Shown: positions 1-13,433 of the stretch, one piece after another
Layout: each line of letters starts with the position of its first letter
How positions within the stretch are numbered: the first letter of the stretch is position 1
Source of the DNA: Sminthopsis crassicaudata
Lineage: Eukaryota
DNA length: 64,000 bases
Direction of reading: 5' to 3'
Assembly: GCF_048593235.1 (NCBI RefSeq)
Contig: NC_133617.1
Span: 488,912,958-488,976,957 of the forward strand
The notes under the pieces: model-generated
Seen by the model: the letters and a program-made list of their open reading frames with translations, nothing else
Told to the model about the DNA's origin: nothing
The model's database searches: none
Program-made: the position numbers and the translations under genes

Positions 1-2700
1 GAACCCAAGCGGAGAAGCCCACCCTCCTGTCAGTGGCCCCTGACCGGCAGTGTGCCCCAGTGTTTCCTCATTCACCGGTCGGATTCCCTCAGGGCCCTAT
101 CCCAGTAGCACAGCGGGCCGCCATTCCTTATCTGCAGAAGCTCCCTCTAGTTTCCCCATTCAGATGCCACTCTCCACACCATCTTCAAAGTGAAAACCCC
201 TGCGGCTCAGGCTGAGGCTACCCCAAGGCTTACCATTTGCCACTAGCCTTGAAGTCTTCCCTTCACCTGGGTAAACCTCCGTCTGTCTCTCTCTTAGATC
301 TTGCAATCCCAGGAGAAGCACAGTTCTGCCCCAGTTTTCACTTGTTTTTAGCGCTCGCTCTTCTCCCTGAGGTGAAACTTTGTTTCCCAGAAGGGGAATG
401 TTCTGCTCCTTACCCTGGCCCCTATATCTAGGACTCCGAGGCAGGAGAGAGATGTGAATGCAGCTATGCTCCTTTCTTACCTGGCTCATGTTTTGTTCCT
501 TTTCATCTCATCGCGATCTTTCCTGACTTAGAGAATCAGGAGTCACTGAATCACGGATTTAAAGCAGAAATGGACCTCAGAGAGCCCAGGAGAAGCAGTG
601 ACTTCTCTTAGTGCCTGCAACTAAATCATCCTCAAGGTCCCTGATGGCCCAGAGGCCAATGACCGAGAAGGAAACCCCAGGCACGAGCTTTCAATGAACG
701 AAACTCAATCTTCTCAGCCCTCGTTTGTGAACACTTTTGGCAGTTTCAGGCGTAGCAAAGGCCAGAAATTCCCACTCTCTCAGCACCAAACTGTACCAGC
801 TTCTTATAGAGGACCCCCGAGCCAAGTCCACAACTTTCGGAGCGGAGGAAGGAGTCCTCACCAAATCCCACACCTCCCCAGCGGGCCCGGCCACGCCTTC
901 CTACCGAGGTCCGAGCTGGGAACGGTCCATTCAGGAGCAACGCCCCTCCACTGCCTGCAAAGGTTGGGCTCTAGGACCCAGCAGACGTAAAAAGCCTCTC
1001 CAGCCCCAAAGCCCCTAGATTACAAAGTCCGACCCCGACAGGCAGGGACAGTTCTTGGGGGAGGTGTGGACAAGTCCGGCTGGAGGACTGAGGAAAGGGA
1101 ATCGGGCCGGGCCGGGGGGTGGGGGGGGGGGGTGAGCTGCGAGGGCAGTTACAAAAGGGAGCACCAGGCTGGAGCCGCAGGGGAGGGGGCGTGAGGGAGG
1201 AAGGGGAGAGAAACAAGACACACCCCCTTTCAGTCCCCAGGAACAGCCCAGGGTCGGAGGAGGGGCGATTCTTTTTAGGCTGGGTAGTCACAAAGGACCT
1301 ACTCAGCCAATCTGGCTGGAAAACCGGGGGCGAGAATGAGATCATATACAAATGTTTTGTTTTAAGGCCCTAAGGCGCATAAAGAAATCGAGTCCTGGCC
1401 CCTCATTTTACAATTCTAGGGTTGGGATTCGAATCCAGATCTTCCTACTTGGCATTACCGCGCCAAGTCCTGACTCAGTCACTGACCGCGCCGCAAGCCC
1501 TTGGCTAAGTCCCTTCCTTCAGCCAAAGCCTCAGCTTCCTCATCTGTATGAATGGGCTGGGGAGGGGGGACAGGACTATGCCTCAGTTCCTTCATCAGCA
1601 AAATGAGATAGACAGCCGGACCCTAAAGGTCCCTCCGGCTTTAAACTCCCACGGCCTCCCGTTCCCCTTCCGGCGCTAACATCCCGCGCCAAAGCTTTAA
1701 TCGCGAAAGCGAAATCAGCTGGAGCGACAGGAGGTTACCCTCCTCTTTCCCTCCTTCCCCCCTTCCCCAGCTCAAAGGAGAGCCGCAGGGGACCTCGAGG
1801 CCTCTGGACAAAGACCGGCAAGATGGCGGTCTTTAGGACCGGGGGAGGGGCGACCACGGCGAAAGCAAAGCCTTCTACAGAGCCGGAGGCGGATTTAGGA
1901 GGGGCTGGCTCCTGGGATACCGAAGAAACTGGGGCCGAGTCAAGGAGGGAAGCAGGCGGAGCAGGAGGAGAGAGGAGTGCTAGGGGTTAGGGAGCCGAGG
2001 TACTCAGCGCTGCAATTCCCGGGACAAAAGAGAGGCCTCTAAAATGGCGGTCACTAGGACCAGGTTAAGAAACCATACAGCATGTTTCTCAACACGCTGG
2101 GCCTAGGAGCGTAAGGAAAGCAGCGTTCTGTGAGCCTTGCTCCAGGGTCTGGCTTGGAGCTTGGAAGCCCTGGAGCTGCCGCGTCCGGTCGCGCCACACA
2201 AAGGCATGCAAAATGGCGGTCTCTAGGACCATGCTGGGCCGAGTCTCAGCGGCTGGGGGCAATGGTAATCCCTGGACACCGCACAGAAATGGAATAGGCG
2301 TGGGTTAATGAATGGGGGATGGGAGGGAAGTAAAATGAGGTGTCAAAGGGTTTACTAGCCTCCAGGCCCAGAATCAATGCAGAGTACCTGCTTCAGCAAA
2401 ATGTCAGACCTCAATGAACCAAGTAAAAGGCAATTTAGTCCACACATACCCCCTCCCATTTTACGGATGGGAAAACTGAGTCCATCTGTGACGACCCGAA
2501 CCAACGGGACTTCCATGACCCAAGTTGCACAAGGCACGTTCCAGGGTCGCGCTCACGGCTCTTACCTGGGGGAGCCTGACGCGCTCTCGGCTGCAGTAGC
2601 TCCAGAGGACAGAGCCGGAGCTCCCGCTAGAAATAGGGCCGGCGCTAGGACCCAGCGGGGGAGATGGGAGGAGAGCAAGGCACCGGAAGTGGGGAGTATT
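1..2700 (-). other. ZNF668: Presumed 5' non-coding exons and first introns of ZNF668 (coding part lies outside the window)
   Basis: Inferred from synteny: ZNF668 is head-to-head with ZNF646 in eutherians. Seen directly: CpG island and minus-strand CAG|GTAAGA donors at 2566/2565 and 481/480. No ZNF668 coding sequence seen. Confidence 0.45.
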
Positions 2701-3950
2701 CTCCCGCTAAGAGGGAGGGGGAAGGGTTTAGGCGGGGCCCCTAAGAGAGAAAGAGGATGGAAAATGTAATTGGCTCGCAATAGGCGGAGACTAACGGAAA
2801 TAAAATCCGAGAGGGTTCGAAAGCCACTACTAGATGTTAGAAGAGATGTTCCTTTGTGGGTAAAACTCTTGGAAGAGAGTCGAGGACCAAGCGCACCCCC
2901 TCAGCTGTCATTGAGTGGGGAAAGATTTAGGCGAAGCACACATAAGAACTTAAAGCAAGCCATACTTCCGGTGACTACTGTCATATAACACTTGGAAGCT
3001 AACGTCACCGGAAGAGGAAAATAACTAACCAAAGAGGGGAACCTTATAAGAAGTGTCACCAAACATTATAGGGAGCCATTTGTCTAGGACCCACGGGCAA
3101 TCGTTTGATTACAGTTCCTAAAGAAATGTATAGCGGGAACTATTTTAGCTCTACCCCACCGGATGTTCAGTTTAACAGTTATAGGACGAACGGAAGTGTG
3201 CCTAGTGATGTGGGAGGGGCTAGTATTGTGCCCTGGATACCGCTCCCAGGCACCAGAAACGGGGCGGTCCCATTGGGCCAGAGGAAAAGAAGGGAAAGTG
3301 CTACCGGGGCGGGTTTGGCGGAGGTTAGTAGGGAAGCCTTTGCGGGGCGAACACTTCCTGTTTCCTAGTAACAATAGGAAGTGTCCGCGGAGCCGGGGGA
3401 GACCTCGGGCTCGTGCCAGCTGAGCTCCCTTTCCTTTCCCCCTCCTTCCCCTTCCCTTTTCCCTCCCCACTTTCCCTTCCTCCTCTTCCTTGGCTTCCTG
3501 GCCTGAGCGCGCTTGCGCGTGGACGAGAGACCCTCTTCCCCCCCCCCCCCGGGGGGGGAAACTTAAGTGGGCATCGGGCGACTGACTACTCCCCCTCCCC
3601 CACCCCCTCCCTACCTCACAGAACTCTTCGGCGGTTGAGGGGGGGGTTATGGGGGAGGAGGAAGAGTAGTGGTCTTCATTGTGCGCACGCGCGAACGGCC
3701 CTTCAGCCTTCGTGAGACTCGGACATCCCCCCCCCCACCCCGTTCGACCGTTGCCCTGTACGAACGAACGCAACCTTGTCGTCTTCTACACCCTCCGACC
3801 TCCCTCCCCACCCCCACCCCCCAATTTAACTCTCAGTCCCTAGGGAAACGAAGGACTTTGGGCCCCTCCCAATCAACTGGTGAGCTGGAGGCAGGGAGCT
3901 CAGAGAGGGACCAGCGTCCTCTCCCCGCCCCCAGGGAGGCGAGGTGAGGG
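1650..3950. promoter_or_regulatory. CpG island / bidirectional promoter (ZNF668-ZNF646)
   Basis: CpG-dense. ETS-type CCGGAAG sites (~2683, ~2966, ~3008), YY1-type AARATGGCGG at 1820, 2041 and 2210, NRF1-like TGCGCACGCG near 3682. Confidence 0.8.
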
Positions 3951-4482
3951 AGGGGAGGGGACTTGAGGGCTTGTTGGGCTTCGGGAGTGGGGGGGGCACG
4001 ACACTAGAAGGGATTTGGGTAGTGGGGGGCCGGAAGATGGAAGAGTCAGTATAGTGGCTACTGTCGGGGGAATGGGGGGAAGGGTACCTAAGACCTTCCC
4101 TTTTGATCTGAAGCCCCTGGAAAGAAAGTAGAACATTCATGTGTCCATTTCAAGTTTTTGATTCCAAAAGGTGGACAAAGCAATGGTTAAGATTGGTTTA
4201 AGAGAAGAGTAAGACGTGGGGTCCAGTGGGGATAGCCAGAAGAAAGAGCCTTTTGGAAGCAGAGTTATGTGTTTATGTGCCTGTAAAAGTGAAATATATA
4301 GTGAAGACCCAAGAGTTGAAGTGTGGGAGAGAAAGAGGTCTTGAGAAGTGAAGAAAAAACAAAAGTAATAGAATGACCGAGGAAGAGGGGAAAAGATTGA
4401 AAAGAGTTTGAAGAGAGGGGATAATAAGCAAGGAAGCAAAAGGGAAGCACATGGTGTTATAGTGAAAGAAGGATAAGACTTA

Positions 4483-4660
4483 AGAATCAGAAACCTGGGT
4501 TCAAGACTCCCTAACTTTGCCACTTAATTGTAGGTCTTTAGCCAAATTACTTCTTACTGAGTCTTAGTTTCTTTGTCTGTAATAGGGGAGGGAATGATAA
4601 AATCTGTTCTCCCTACTTTATAGAGTTGTTGTGAGGATTATGTGAAAAGGGATTTGTGAA
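4483..4660 (+). mobile_element. Ancient MIR/CORE-SINE fragment
   Basis: Core-like 'cctgggttcaag...cttagtttctttgtctgtaat...gttgtgaggatt'. Boundaries approximate. Confidence 0.5.
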
Positions 4661-5509
4661 CTCAAAAACTTTTTTTTCAAATTTTAAAAAATACGTGAAG
4701 TTATTAGATGGAAAACAATGGGAATGCATGATCTGCAAAGGATCAAGTGGGGGGGAGATAAAGACTAAAGTAGTAAAATGGTTGAAGAAAGAGAGTATAG
4801 AAAGACTAGTCTTTTCTTGAACATTGAGTTTTGATTTTTTTTTTTTATTAACTTAACAGATCTTCAGTTGGAGAATAGTGATACAAAGAAACTCTTGAGT
4901 TGGATCCCCAGCAACTTAAATAAGGTATTAGTGTAGCTTTAGCTCAAATAATGACTTTAACTTGGGTGGTAAAAAAGTGAACTTTATTCTTACCCAAAGA
5001 CTTTAGAGAGATAAAAATCAATTTGTTGGGTCAGGAAATAAAGAGGGTGGGTTGGCGGTATCAATGACAGTCAAATTAAGTTTGGGGGGTATTAAAGGAA
5101 AAAGGAAGGAGTTCTTTAGTTTGTGATAACTATAGTTAAGGGGTCTTGGTACTGGACTTTGAGGATCAAAACAAATAAAAAGTAATAGAAATTTCTTTCT
5201 TTTATCCAGGGAAGTGGCAGTCTCAGTTTTTGCTTAGTCTATCTCTTTTTATCTGGGGGAAATTGAGATATTGGGGTTCCATTTGACTATATAGGATAGA
5301 GTCTTAATGCAGGACATGAAGTAACATGAAGATAATGGATAGGGTTACTTAACAGTAAATTACATTCTCAAATCCTTTCTTAATGCTTCCTTTTAAATTT
5401 TTTATTTTATTTTAAATTCTAGTCCCTTTTGCTGCTTCTCCAGAGCAAGAAGATGCTATTACCACTTGCCTGTGTTTCCTGAGCATTCTGCAATTTGCCT
5501 TGCCACCTC

Positions 5510-8500
5510 ATGGAGGATACCCCTGCCTTGATCAGCTGCCCTGATTGTCAGCGTCATTTCCCCAGCCTTCCAGAACTGGCACGTCACCGTGAGCTACTCC
5601 ATCACTCACCTCCAAGCAGGAATGATGATGAAGCTGATGGGATTCCTCGGCCATACCGATGTGTACAGTGTGGGCGGGGTTACCGTCATGCAGGTAGTCT
5701 GGTCAATCATCGACGGACCCATGAGATTGGTCGTTTTCCCTGTACCACATGCAACAAAGACTTCTCCAATCCTATGGCCCTCAAGAGTCACCTGAGGACT
5801 CATGCCCCAGAGGGCCGCAGGAGGCATAGGCCCCCCCGCCACAAAGAGGCTGCATCATATAGCCAGGGCCAGATGACTACCACTAATATTTGGGGAAGTA
5901 TGCCTGGTCCTCGGGAAAATTGGGACAACCAGGCAAGCCATGGACAAAGTACACATGTATGGGAGGCTGGGCCTGATCCTAGAGAATCTTCTAGTACCTG
6001 GGAAAAGCCACCTGGACACAAGGATGACTGGGAGAACAAGACAGATTTTAAAGAAAGTATAGAGAGATGGGGAAACACATCAGGTTCTGCAGAGTCCCCT
6101 GCTCTTCCTGCTCCAGCCAATAGCCTTCTTAGCAATTTAGAGCAGTACTTAGCTGAATCCATGGTGGATTTTACAGGGAATGAGAGACCACCTCAGTCCC
6201 CCCCTGCTGAGGATGAACGTCGGTATAAGTGTGGACAGTGTGGCAAAGCCTATAAACACGCTGGAAGTCTAACCAACCATCGTCAGAGCCATGCCCTAGG
6301 TGTCTATCCCTGTGCTGTGTGCTTCAAGGAGTTTTCTAACCTTATGGCTCTAAAGAATCATTCTAGGTTACATGCTCAATATAGGCCTTACCAGTGTCCT
6401 CGTTGCCCTCGGGCTTTCCGGCTGCCTAGTGAATTGTTGGGACATCAGCAAGCCCATGAGGGAGAAGGGAAGGAATTACCCTGGGAAGAAAAAGGAGAGT
6501 CATCTGCTAATGGAGAAAGTGGACATGATAGAAATCAGTTTCGTGATACTAAGGAACTTAATGCCTCTGGGGAGTTAAATACTTCTGGAGAGCTTGATGC
6601 TGGAGAGCTTAATGATGGTGGAGTAGAAGAATATAGGCCTTTCCGTTGTGCTGATTGTGGCCGTACTTACCGACATGCTGGGAGTCTTATCAATCACCGG
6701 AAGAGTCATGAGACTGGTGTCTATCCATGTCCAGTCTGTCCAAAGCAGCTATTCAATGCTGCAGCCCTTAAAAACCACTTACGGGCTCATCTTAAAACTC
6801 GTCGTAGTGGGGGGGAAGAGGAACAGCATCAACCACCACCTCCAACACCACTGCCTTCCTTAATGGCAGCAACACGACCAGAAGTTGACCCAGAGGAGGA
6901 AGAGAATCCTGCTACTCCAAATACTACCACAGATCATCGCCCTTATAAATGCAATGAATGTGGACGGGCTTACCGTCACCGAGGAAGCTTGGTAAACCAC
7001 CGACACAGCCATCAGACTGGTGAATATCAGTGTTCCCTTTGCCCTCGCCAGTATCCAAATCTCATGGCCCTCCGCAATCATGTGAGGGTGCATTTTAAGG
7101 CAGCACGACGCAATGGGAGTCAAGGGAGAGAGGAACCATTGAGTCATGATGGAGAAGGTATCACTCTTGGCCTAGAAAGGGAAGATTCTACCCCTAGTCA
7201 AGAGGAAGAGTACCCAGAAGAGGAGAAGGTTCAACAGACAACCCAAGGGGAAGAAGATCCTAGTGAAGAAGGGATGATAGGCAGCCATCCAGAAGTAGAT
7301 ATGGCAGTAGCACAAATATGTGGTCTTTGTGGGATGCTTTTTGATGATGCGCAAAGCTTAAAACAACATGGCCAAACCCATCATGAAGGGGAGAGTAGTA
7401 AAACTGAGTCAGTGGAGTCACCTCCAAGGACCTATTCCTGTAGAGATTGTGGAAAAAGTTATCGACATTCAGGAAGTCTCATCAACCACCGACAGACCCA
7501 CCAGACAGGTGACTTTGGTTGTGGGACATGTGCCAAGCACTTTCATACTGTGGCAGCCATGAAGAGCCACTTACGACGTCATAGTCAGAGGCGGAGCAAG
7601 AGGCATCAGTGGCAGAGTGGTGAAATCACTGATGGAAGCAGCAGTGGAGTGATGGTAACAGATAGAAGTGAATCCTCACCAGAGGACTACCAGGAAAAGG
7701 ATTTGGTTATAAAAGTAGAAAAAGAAAAAGATGACTTTTATAAAGATGTAAAAGTGAATGGAATTAATATGGCCAATGGCAAGTTGGAAAACAATGAGAA
7801 CCATTTTCAGGGGGATATTCAGCGTGACAAATGTAAGCAAGAAAAAAATGAGGACTGCTTCCAGAGTAATGAAGATGGCAAAACCAATGAAGAGGGACTG
7901 GAAGGGAAGGAGTCCTGTTTCTTTGGGAACTTAGTAACAATAAGCAATAAGAGAGGCAGTGGGGACATTCCAGCTTTGGTAGAAGGGGAACATAAACAGG
8001 AGAGTGTGTGTGACGCCATTTCCCATGGCCCTGAGGCTCTCAATGGTTGGCGGACCTCTGGCCACCACACATGTCATGACTGTGGGCGATCTTTCCACCA
8101 TTCAGCTGGCTTACTGAATCATCGACCTTGCCACCCACCAGGAATCTATCAGTGTTCACTCTGCCCTAAGGAATTTGACTCACTCCCTGCCCTACGCAGC
8201 CATTTTCAGAACCATGGACCAGGAGAGGCCACATCAGGGCAGCCTTTTCTTTGTTGCCTTTGTGGCATGATCTTCCCTGGGCGGGCAGATTATAGGCAGC
8301 ATAGAAGTCAGGCCCATGATTCTCCGGGTGAGAGCCAAGGTTCTTCAGAGGATGAAGAAGAAGAGGAATTGGCCTCTAACTCCACTCCCTTGCAACTCTC
8401 AGAAGCAGAGCTACTAAATCAATTGCAGCGGGAAGTAGAGGGACTAGATGGAGCTGGTTATGGGCACATCTGTGCCTGCTGTGGCCAGACATATGATGAC

Positions 8501-11018
8501 CTAGGAAGTCTGGAGCGCCACCATCAAAGTCTAGGGAATATTTCTGTAGATAGAATTGATGTGACTTCTGCAGACATGGGGGAGAAGAATGAGATCTCAG
8601 AAACAACTGTGGGTGATACTTCTGAAAGTACTGTGGACTCTATCTCTCGAGAAGACACAGGTGCTAATTCTGGGGAGTGTTTTGACTCTATGTCCAGAGA
8701 CAGTGTGGAAGCTGTAGGGACTGTGGATGCGACTTCTGTACTAGACATAGATGGCACCAATGTAGAAGCTGTTCCTGAGGCCTTTTCTCCTGCGCAGCCT
8801 CGTCCCTTTCAATGTAGTCAGTGTGGTAAGACCTATCGTCATGGTGGGAGCCTGGTAAACCATCGAAAAACTCACCAAACAGGAGATTTTGCCTGTCCTA
8901 TCTGTGCCCGAAGATATCCCAATTTGGCTGCCTACCGAAATCATTTGCGTAATCATCCCCGGTGCAAAGGGGCAGAACCCCAGTTAGGGGTCCACCCTGT
9001 GGTAGAAAACAAGGAAACACAAACGTCATCAGAGATAGGACTGTTGCAGATGCCATTAGAAGAACAGCAGGAGCTTAAAGAGAAGGCAGTGGAAGAAATA
9101 TCCATTAAGAAAGAGCCAGAAGAGACCACTATAAAGCAGGAGGAAGTGCCACTAAAAGACAGTGGCATAGAAGAGGGGAATTCAGAGGAAGCCAGTATGG
9201 ATCGTCCCTTTGGCTGTGAATTGTGTGGTCGGACATATAAACATGCTGGTAGCCTTATTAACCATCGACAGAGCCATCAAACAGGACATTTTGGCTGCCA
9301 GGCATGCTCCAAGGGTTTCTCTAATCTCATGGCTCTCAAAAACCACCGACGTATTCATGCTGAACCCCGTCGGTTTCATTGTGGAGAATGTGGTAAAGCT
9401 TTTCGGTTGCGAAAACAGCTGGCTAACCATCAGCGTGTCCATGGGGAGCAGCGAAATGGCAATTCAGGAGTTCGAAAGTTACTGCCAAAATCACCCTCAC
9501 TACCACGAGATGAACGACCTTTCCGCTGTGGGCAATGTGGCAGGACTTACCGGCATGCTGGAAGCCTCCTAAACCATCGGAGGAGCCATGAGATAGGACA
9601 GTACAGTTGTCCAACCTGCCCTAAAACATATTCAAACCGTATGGCACTAAAGAACCACCAGCGCCTACACTCAGAAAGTAGGAGACGACGGACAGGAAGG
9701 GCAAGGCGTGGGGGTGGGCCTCGGGTAGCTGTTCGATGTGCCCTTTGTAGCCGCAGTTTCCCTAGACGAGCATCTCTGGAGAGGCATTTACGGGAGCATG
9801 AGGCATCGAGTAAGAGGGAGATAAATGTGATTAAAGTACTCAGCCAAACAACTGTCAAAGATGAGAATCAAGCAGATATCAGTGAACTAGAAGGAAGATC
9901 ACGTGAGTATGAAGTTGGAGCTCAGATTGATAACCAAACCAAGGGCACAGAAGAATTAGGTCAGGGCCCCAGTGGGTTATCAGGTGGTCAGGAAGGCAAT
10001 GGAGAGTCATTCTCTTGGATCACTGGGAAAACAGATGGGTGGTATATTAATGAGATACCAGTGAGTAAACCAGGTAGCCAAAAACATGCTACCTCTAGTG
10101 ACTATAAATTTGGGAGTCCATGCAGTCAGGAAGATAATCAACCTAATGACCCGGATTTAAGTAGCCTAGAAGGTTGGGATAGTGGGCAGACCCAGGACCA
10201 AGATAGCAGTTCTCAGTCCCAGCTAGAACTCCGCCCCTTTTGCTGTGCACAATGTGGCAAGACCTACCGTCATGCAGGCAGCCTTCTAAACCACCGCAAT
10301 ACTCACAAAACGGGCCGATACTACTGTCAGCTCTGCTCTAAGGAATTTTCAAATCCCATGGCCGCCAAAAACCATGGTCGTATTCACACAGCAACCCGCC
10401 GCTTCAAGTGCCCTCACTGTGGAAAAGCTTTCCGTGCCTCCCGTGAACTGACTAGCCATCAGCGAACCCATGCCATGGGTCAAGGACAGGCCCCACCTCA
10501 GGCAGAGGAAGCTGATGGTCAAGAGATTGAGACTAAAAGGGATATGGAAGATAAGTATATGTCAGGGCAAGGGGAGACTGATAGAGCCACCAAAGAAATA
10601 TCAGGGTCTGAGATAGCTGTGAAGGAGGAAAAAGAAGAGGGACTAAATCAAGCCATAGAAGAAGACCGTCCCTTCTGTTGCACCCAATGTGGGCGTTCTT
10701 ATCGTCATGCTGGCAGCCTGTTGAACCATCAAAAAGCTCATGCTACAGGTCTTTATCCTTGCTCCCTCTGCCCCAAACTACTGCCTAACCTATTGGCCCT
10801 CAAGAATCATGGAAGGACACACACAGATCCAAAGCGCCATCGCTGTGGTGTTTGTGGCAAAGCCTTTCGGACAGCAGCCCGACTAGAAGGCCACAGGAGA
10901 GTCCATGCACCGCGGGAGGGACCCTTCTCTTGCTCGCATTGCCCTCGCCGCTTCCGCCGCCAAATCAGCTTCTTGCAGCACCAGCAACAACATAAGGAGT
11001 GGACAATGACTGACACTG
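5510..11018 (+). CDS. ZNF646: ZNF646 main coding exon (about 1836 codons, clustered C2H2 fingers with acidic linkers)
   Basis: ATG at 5510 inside ORF 5495..11032. Acceptor CAG ends 5443; donor G|GTATGA after 11018. The unspliced form ends GMRT* at 11032. Confidence 0.93.
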
Positions 11019-12755
11019 GTATGAGAACATGAGTTGGGGGTGGGGAGGGAGAGAGTGTTGGGAGGGCAAGATGAGATGGAATTTTGAAAATCCAACTACT
11101 AAAGTGGGGAGAGAACAAGGACCAAGGGAGAGAAATACACTTAACGATTATGAGTGGTATTCAGAAGTTTTAGATGCTTGGGCATAAATAAGAGGAACTG
11201 TGAAATTCTTACATTCTGGAGGTACAAAGGAATTGAGTAGGGGGGAAAGAATCTAGGTCTGGAGACCCAATTATCTGGTAGGATAATGGGTAGATGGCCT
11301 TACTTCTAGAAAGCAATATGATGTCATTTGGTAGAAGGCCTAGGGCAGGGTAGGTAGAGAAACAGGGTGCTGAAGAACAGAGAATCTCTTCTTCAGAAGA
11401 GGGTAGCCAGGATGGCTATAAATAAGGATGCAGCTGGAATTAACCTGTTTGTTTCCTTTTGGAAATTTTGGAAATTTAACTCCTTTTTTTTTGGGGGGGG
11501 GAGTCAGCTCTGTACCCCTTTAGCTAACCAAATCTAGAACATCTACTCAGCAAATAAACAGGCTGAATCAATTCTTGTACTGTACTTTGGAAATTCCAAA
11601 ATTATTTTCCATTCTAAGAGTAGGCAGCAAAAAAAAAGTGAAGAGAGCAGCTATTCCCCACTGTACAGAAAGCATGGCTTTTCTGCTGATTGATCTGGTG
11701 CACTATATTGTATTTTTTCTCTTCTGATGGTTATGCCTTTTCTCCTAGAGCCTAGCCTCCCAATTTTATGCACCATTTTAAACACCTTGCTTCACAGTTC
11801 ATGGCTATTTTGCCATATTTTTGGCCTTCAATTCCCATATCACCTTGGTAGCTTATTACTCCATTCCCTTAGAAGCTGTAGTTCTGCTAAAATAGACATC
11901 CTTTTGAAGAAATCTCTTATCAGGTTATCTTTGGTTTTTCTTCCATTTCTCAATTCTTTCCAGGTCCCAGTCATCCTTCCCCTTCTAAATCCCAAGCTTC
12001 TTACTCCAGAGCTGAGTCAGTTAATTGTTTCTTTGAAGCTGGCCCTGGCTGAAGCAATAACAATAATTAGCCCCCATTTTGCATTTTTTTATCAGAGGGG
12101 ATCAAAGTATAAAATGCCTCCACCCACACTGGTTTTATAGGATGAGCCTCTTCCATTTGCCAGAGAAAACTGAAGCAGGAATGGAGTCTACATACTGTGG
12201 CTTTAGAATGAGCCTTCTCTTAATACTAGAAGGGAAAGTGAGGTAGGATTAGAGAATTTGTTATTTTAGCCTGTTGCTTTTATTCCCAAAAGATGTAGTT
12301 CTTTTCTTACCCTGTAAAATGTCACTTTCTTTTGCTTTGATGAAACCCATTCATGTCATGTCCCCAAATATCCTCCTCCCTGCATATCAACTGAGCCATC
12401 TCAGACTTAACCCGTTTGTATCCCAAATCATCCTTGGCAAATTGGCCCTTCAAATTAGAATAACTCTTAGGAAATTGGAGAAAAATGAGATTCCTAAAAG
12501 GAAAAGTGACAGAAAATAACCAGTCAGAAAGAGGATGTTTTCAGGGGTAAAAACCATTTGTCACTTTAAGAAAACTAGAAGAATTTGATATATGGTAGTA
12601 GAAAAGAAGAGAAAGTCAGGCTTCTAGGTTCACAAAACAATAGAACATCTAACAGTTAACCGAACTTGAGACACTAGAGGATTTAAAGTTCTATTTAGCT
12701 GTGTTAAGTATATATAATCAGCTTGTGACCTTTGTCTTTTTCTCTCTTCCCTCAG

Positions 12756-12876
12756 GAGAAACACAATCACCTATAGAAGGAGGTGGGGATCTCACATCTC
12801 CTGTCCATCCACCCCCATGACTCTGGTCCTAGACCCTTCACTCCAGTGGCCTCCAGACCTCGGCTTCTCCCTCTGA
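12756..12876 (+). CDS. ZNF646: ZNF646 terminal coding exon (contains an apparent 1-nt frameshift)
   Basis: Pyrimidine tract plus CAG ending 12755. Encodes GETQSPIEGGGDL..., and in a shifted frame LVLDPSLQWPPDLGFSL*, resembling the human end LLDPSPQWPADLSFSL. Confidence 0.75.
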
Positions 12877-13427
12877 ACTGTTTCTCCCAAAAACTGGGAC
12901 ATCGGGGTTCTTATTTCTGCTTTTAACTCAGGAGAGTTTGGATATCCTGATCTCTCCTGTCATGCTCTTGGGAAGTTCTCAGGAGAGGGGCAGGATAGAA
13001 CACAGAGATGCTTTCTTCCCCTTCTTGCCACTGAAACATCTAGGAAGAAGGGGAAATCCCAACCCTGGAGAAAATGTTTCTGCCCTTTTGCCATTTCTCT
13101 TTGGCTCCCATTTTCTGCTATATGGGGCTAATTTTCCAGGATGCTGGCTATCCAGTTTTTAGGAAAGGATTAGAGCTGTATTAAGTTCTTTTTCCCCCCT
13201 TTCTCTTCCTTAGCATCAAGGACCCTAGATCTACTGTGTGGGTCATAGAAAGAGGGATATAGGACAAAGGAACTTTGGAGTCTTAAGAATGAAGGGGAAG
13301 AGAAAAGCATAGGTTCAAAGGAGATATCTAGACTCCCATCGAGGGAGAAGGGAATGAGATTTCTCCCTTGGGGAAAAGCCTTTTGCTACAATTTGTAACT
13401 TATTTTCTAAAGTCTATTTTGTAAGGT

Positions 13428-13433
13428 TTTATT
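13428..13433 (-). terminator. Candidate PRSS53 polyadenylation signal (AATAAA)
   Basis: TTTATT on the plus strand, about 550 nt past the PRSS53 stop. Confidence 0.45.

Larger units (their letters stand above)
5510..12876 (+). other. ZNF646: ZNF646 coding span (giant exon plus small terminal exon)
   Basis: N-terminus MEDTPALISCPDCQRHFPSLPEL and repeated YRHAGSLxNH / FSNxMALKNH C2H2 modules match ZNF646; position matches synteny. Confidence 0.95.

Noticed and set aside
3761-3770. CGAACGAACG, also at 51005-51014 near BCKDK exon 1
   Set aside because: Only two occurrences, noticed post hoc in CpG islands; compatible with chance.
5510-11018. Highly repetitive zinc-finger modules in ZNF646 as a possible lineage-specific expansion
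   Set aside because: The length (about 1.84k aa) and modular layout match what I recall of human ZNF646.
11727-12140. 137-aa hydrophobic ORF in the ZNF646 intron
   Set aside because: Low-complexity T-rich translation with no motif or splice support.
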